Source: Cercozoa sp. M6MM (Eukaryota > Protista > Endomyxa: Ascetosporea). Taken from it: a stretch of 43,317 nucleotides of DNA. Numbering within the stretch: the first letter of the stretch is position 1; every line of letters begins with the position of its first letter. Shown piece by piece: positions 41,596 to 43,317 of this stretch. The notes under the pieces were generated by a model, which was not told the DNA's origin, did not search any database, and worked only from the letters and a program-made list of their open reading frames with translations. The stretch lies in assembly GCA_040357565.1 (NCBI GenBank), contig JBDODJ010000091.1, one strand, 5' to 3'. The position numbers and the translations under genes were made by a program.

Positions 41596-43317
41596 TATAG
41601 ACATGTATATGTAGTACGTTGAACTGACCGTGCCGTGGCGGCGCATGCTGGCAGAGCACTGCAGCGTTACAGTGCGCGGTGTCTCGCTGACGCTGGCGGC
41701 GCGACTGCACGTGCCGGCCTTTGACGACGCCGGCGATGACATTGCTGCTGCCCTGGTACAGACATAGATTTTATATAGATATAGATATGTATATATATAT
41801 ATATATATATATAAGCATGCTTAGGCCAGTGAGCTTGAAAAGAGCTTTGCCGACGCGCTCCGCTCGCTGCACAAGGCCGAGACACGGACAGGGAGGGCAC
41901 AGGAGACCGGGGAGAGGACAGAGGGCACGGCGAGGACACAGGAGGCCAGCAGCGACAGCAAGGGCATGTTGGCACGCTGGGCCACGCAGCGTCTGCTGCA
42001 GTCGGCGGCCTTCCTCGCGGATGCAGACGACACTGAGCTGGACACTGAGCCGGACACTGAGCCGGACACCGAGCCGGACACTGACTCCGACTCGGACAGC
42101 AACGCACTAGACGACAGGGACGTGCCCACGTAGCGCCTTCTCTATACATACATATATAAAAATATTTATAGGTAGGTATATATATAGATATATGTGAGGT
42201 ATGTATGGGTGTATGCAGGGACGACAGAGATGAGGAGGAGGACGACTGGGTCTCACACTCGGAAGGTACTCCTTTACCCCCCCCCCCCCTTTACCCCTTG
42301 CATCGACGGTTCTGTGTAGGCATGCAGAAGATCAGCGACCTGTTGGACCATGTGTTGTCACGTGCCTCGCTCAGTGTGCATGATGTGCGTCTATCCATAA
42401 CCTTTACTCCCGTTTACCTCCGTTTACCCCTCTATTACCCCCCCCCCCCGTTTACCTCCCTGTTTATCCCATTTTGCCCCTGTTTACCCCCTGTTTATCC
42501 CCCTGTTTGCCCCCCCGTTTACCCCCCCCTGTTTACCCCCCTGTTTACCCCCCCCCCCCCAGTTTACCCCAGTTTACCCCCCCCCCCTTCCCGTGTGTGC
42601 AGGTGCAAGTGCGCGTGGAGCACAACGACGCCGGCACAGGCAGGCAGACGGTGCTGCTGCTCGGCATGCCGCACCTCTCCTACAGCAACCTTGCGGTGTG
42701 TCCTTTTGACCCCTCCCCTGCTTGCCTGATTCTATCCCCTTCCTTACCCACCCCACCCCGCAGGGTGACGAAGAGAGAACGCACGATGCGCGCACCTTCC
42801 TCAAGCGAAGTATGCTGGATACAAATCCTCCTCTATATTACCCTCCTCCATGTTACCTCCCCCCCATGTTACCCCCGTGTTACTCCCCCTCCCTGTTTAC
42901 CCCTGCTTCGTAGTTATTGTTCCAACATGCACGGCGACGCTGTTCGAGCAGGCAGCGTCGGTCAAAGCACGTCTCGCGGGTATGTATGTATGTATGTATG
43001 TATGTATGTATGTATGTATGTATGTATATGTATGTATAGTATGTATGTGTGTGTGTGTGTATGTGTATGTATGCACATGTACACAGGTATGTATGACTAT
43101 TGCACAGAAGCACCACCGGTGCGACACCAGATAGCGCAGGGCCGAGGCCTCGTCGTCGATTTGGCACTGCGTGTGGCCGGGCTGGTACCCCCTCTTACTC
43201 CCTCTTACCCCCTTACCCCCTCTCTACCCCTCTCTACCCCCTGTTACCCTCCGGTCTACCCCATCCCGTAGGACCTGGCACGCAAGTACACGGACAAGCC
43301 TCCATCCTTCGGGGGGG
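41161..43317 (+). CDS. ATG2: ATG2-like lipid-transfer protein (Chorein_N), 5' part, 3'-truncated
   Basis: LKRLYKFALKRTVGHFLKRELQLDQLDFQLNGG...LHNLEF...VELTVPWRRMLAEHCSVTVRGV, then EGMQKISDLLDHVLSR...VRVEH, as in ATG2 N-termini; contains a coding (DTEP)n repeat at ~42028-42095. Confidence 0.85.

Overview
Gene-dense, very intron-rich nuclear DNA of a unicellular eukaryote (standard genetic code, short introns often filled with microsatellites, five N gaps). Gene models were spliced by eye, so internal exon boundaries and some starts are approximate. In order: 3' part of UBA2/SAE2 (+), PLAC8-family gene (+), UvrD/PcrA/Srs2-like helicase (+), divergent alpha-tubulin (-), SGT1 (+), Frizzled/Smoothened-like 7TM receptor (+), unknown helical protein (+), double-DysF protein (+), PSAT1-like LCAT-family acyltransferase (-), TMEM41/VTT protein (-), tRNA-Ile(AAT), a ~63-aa microprotein (+), PX+WD40 protein (+), actin (-), an unknown gene (+) and the 5' part of ATG2 (+). 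Most notable: (1) a dispersed non-coding hairpin element with a compensatory base-pair change, present three times about 200-250 nt downstream of stop codons; (2) a 5' splice-site consensus shifted to palindromic AG|GTACCT, with probable GC and GA/GC donors; (3) a microprotein gene with candidate mutually exclusive exons; (4) a class-F GPCR in a protist.
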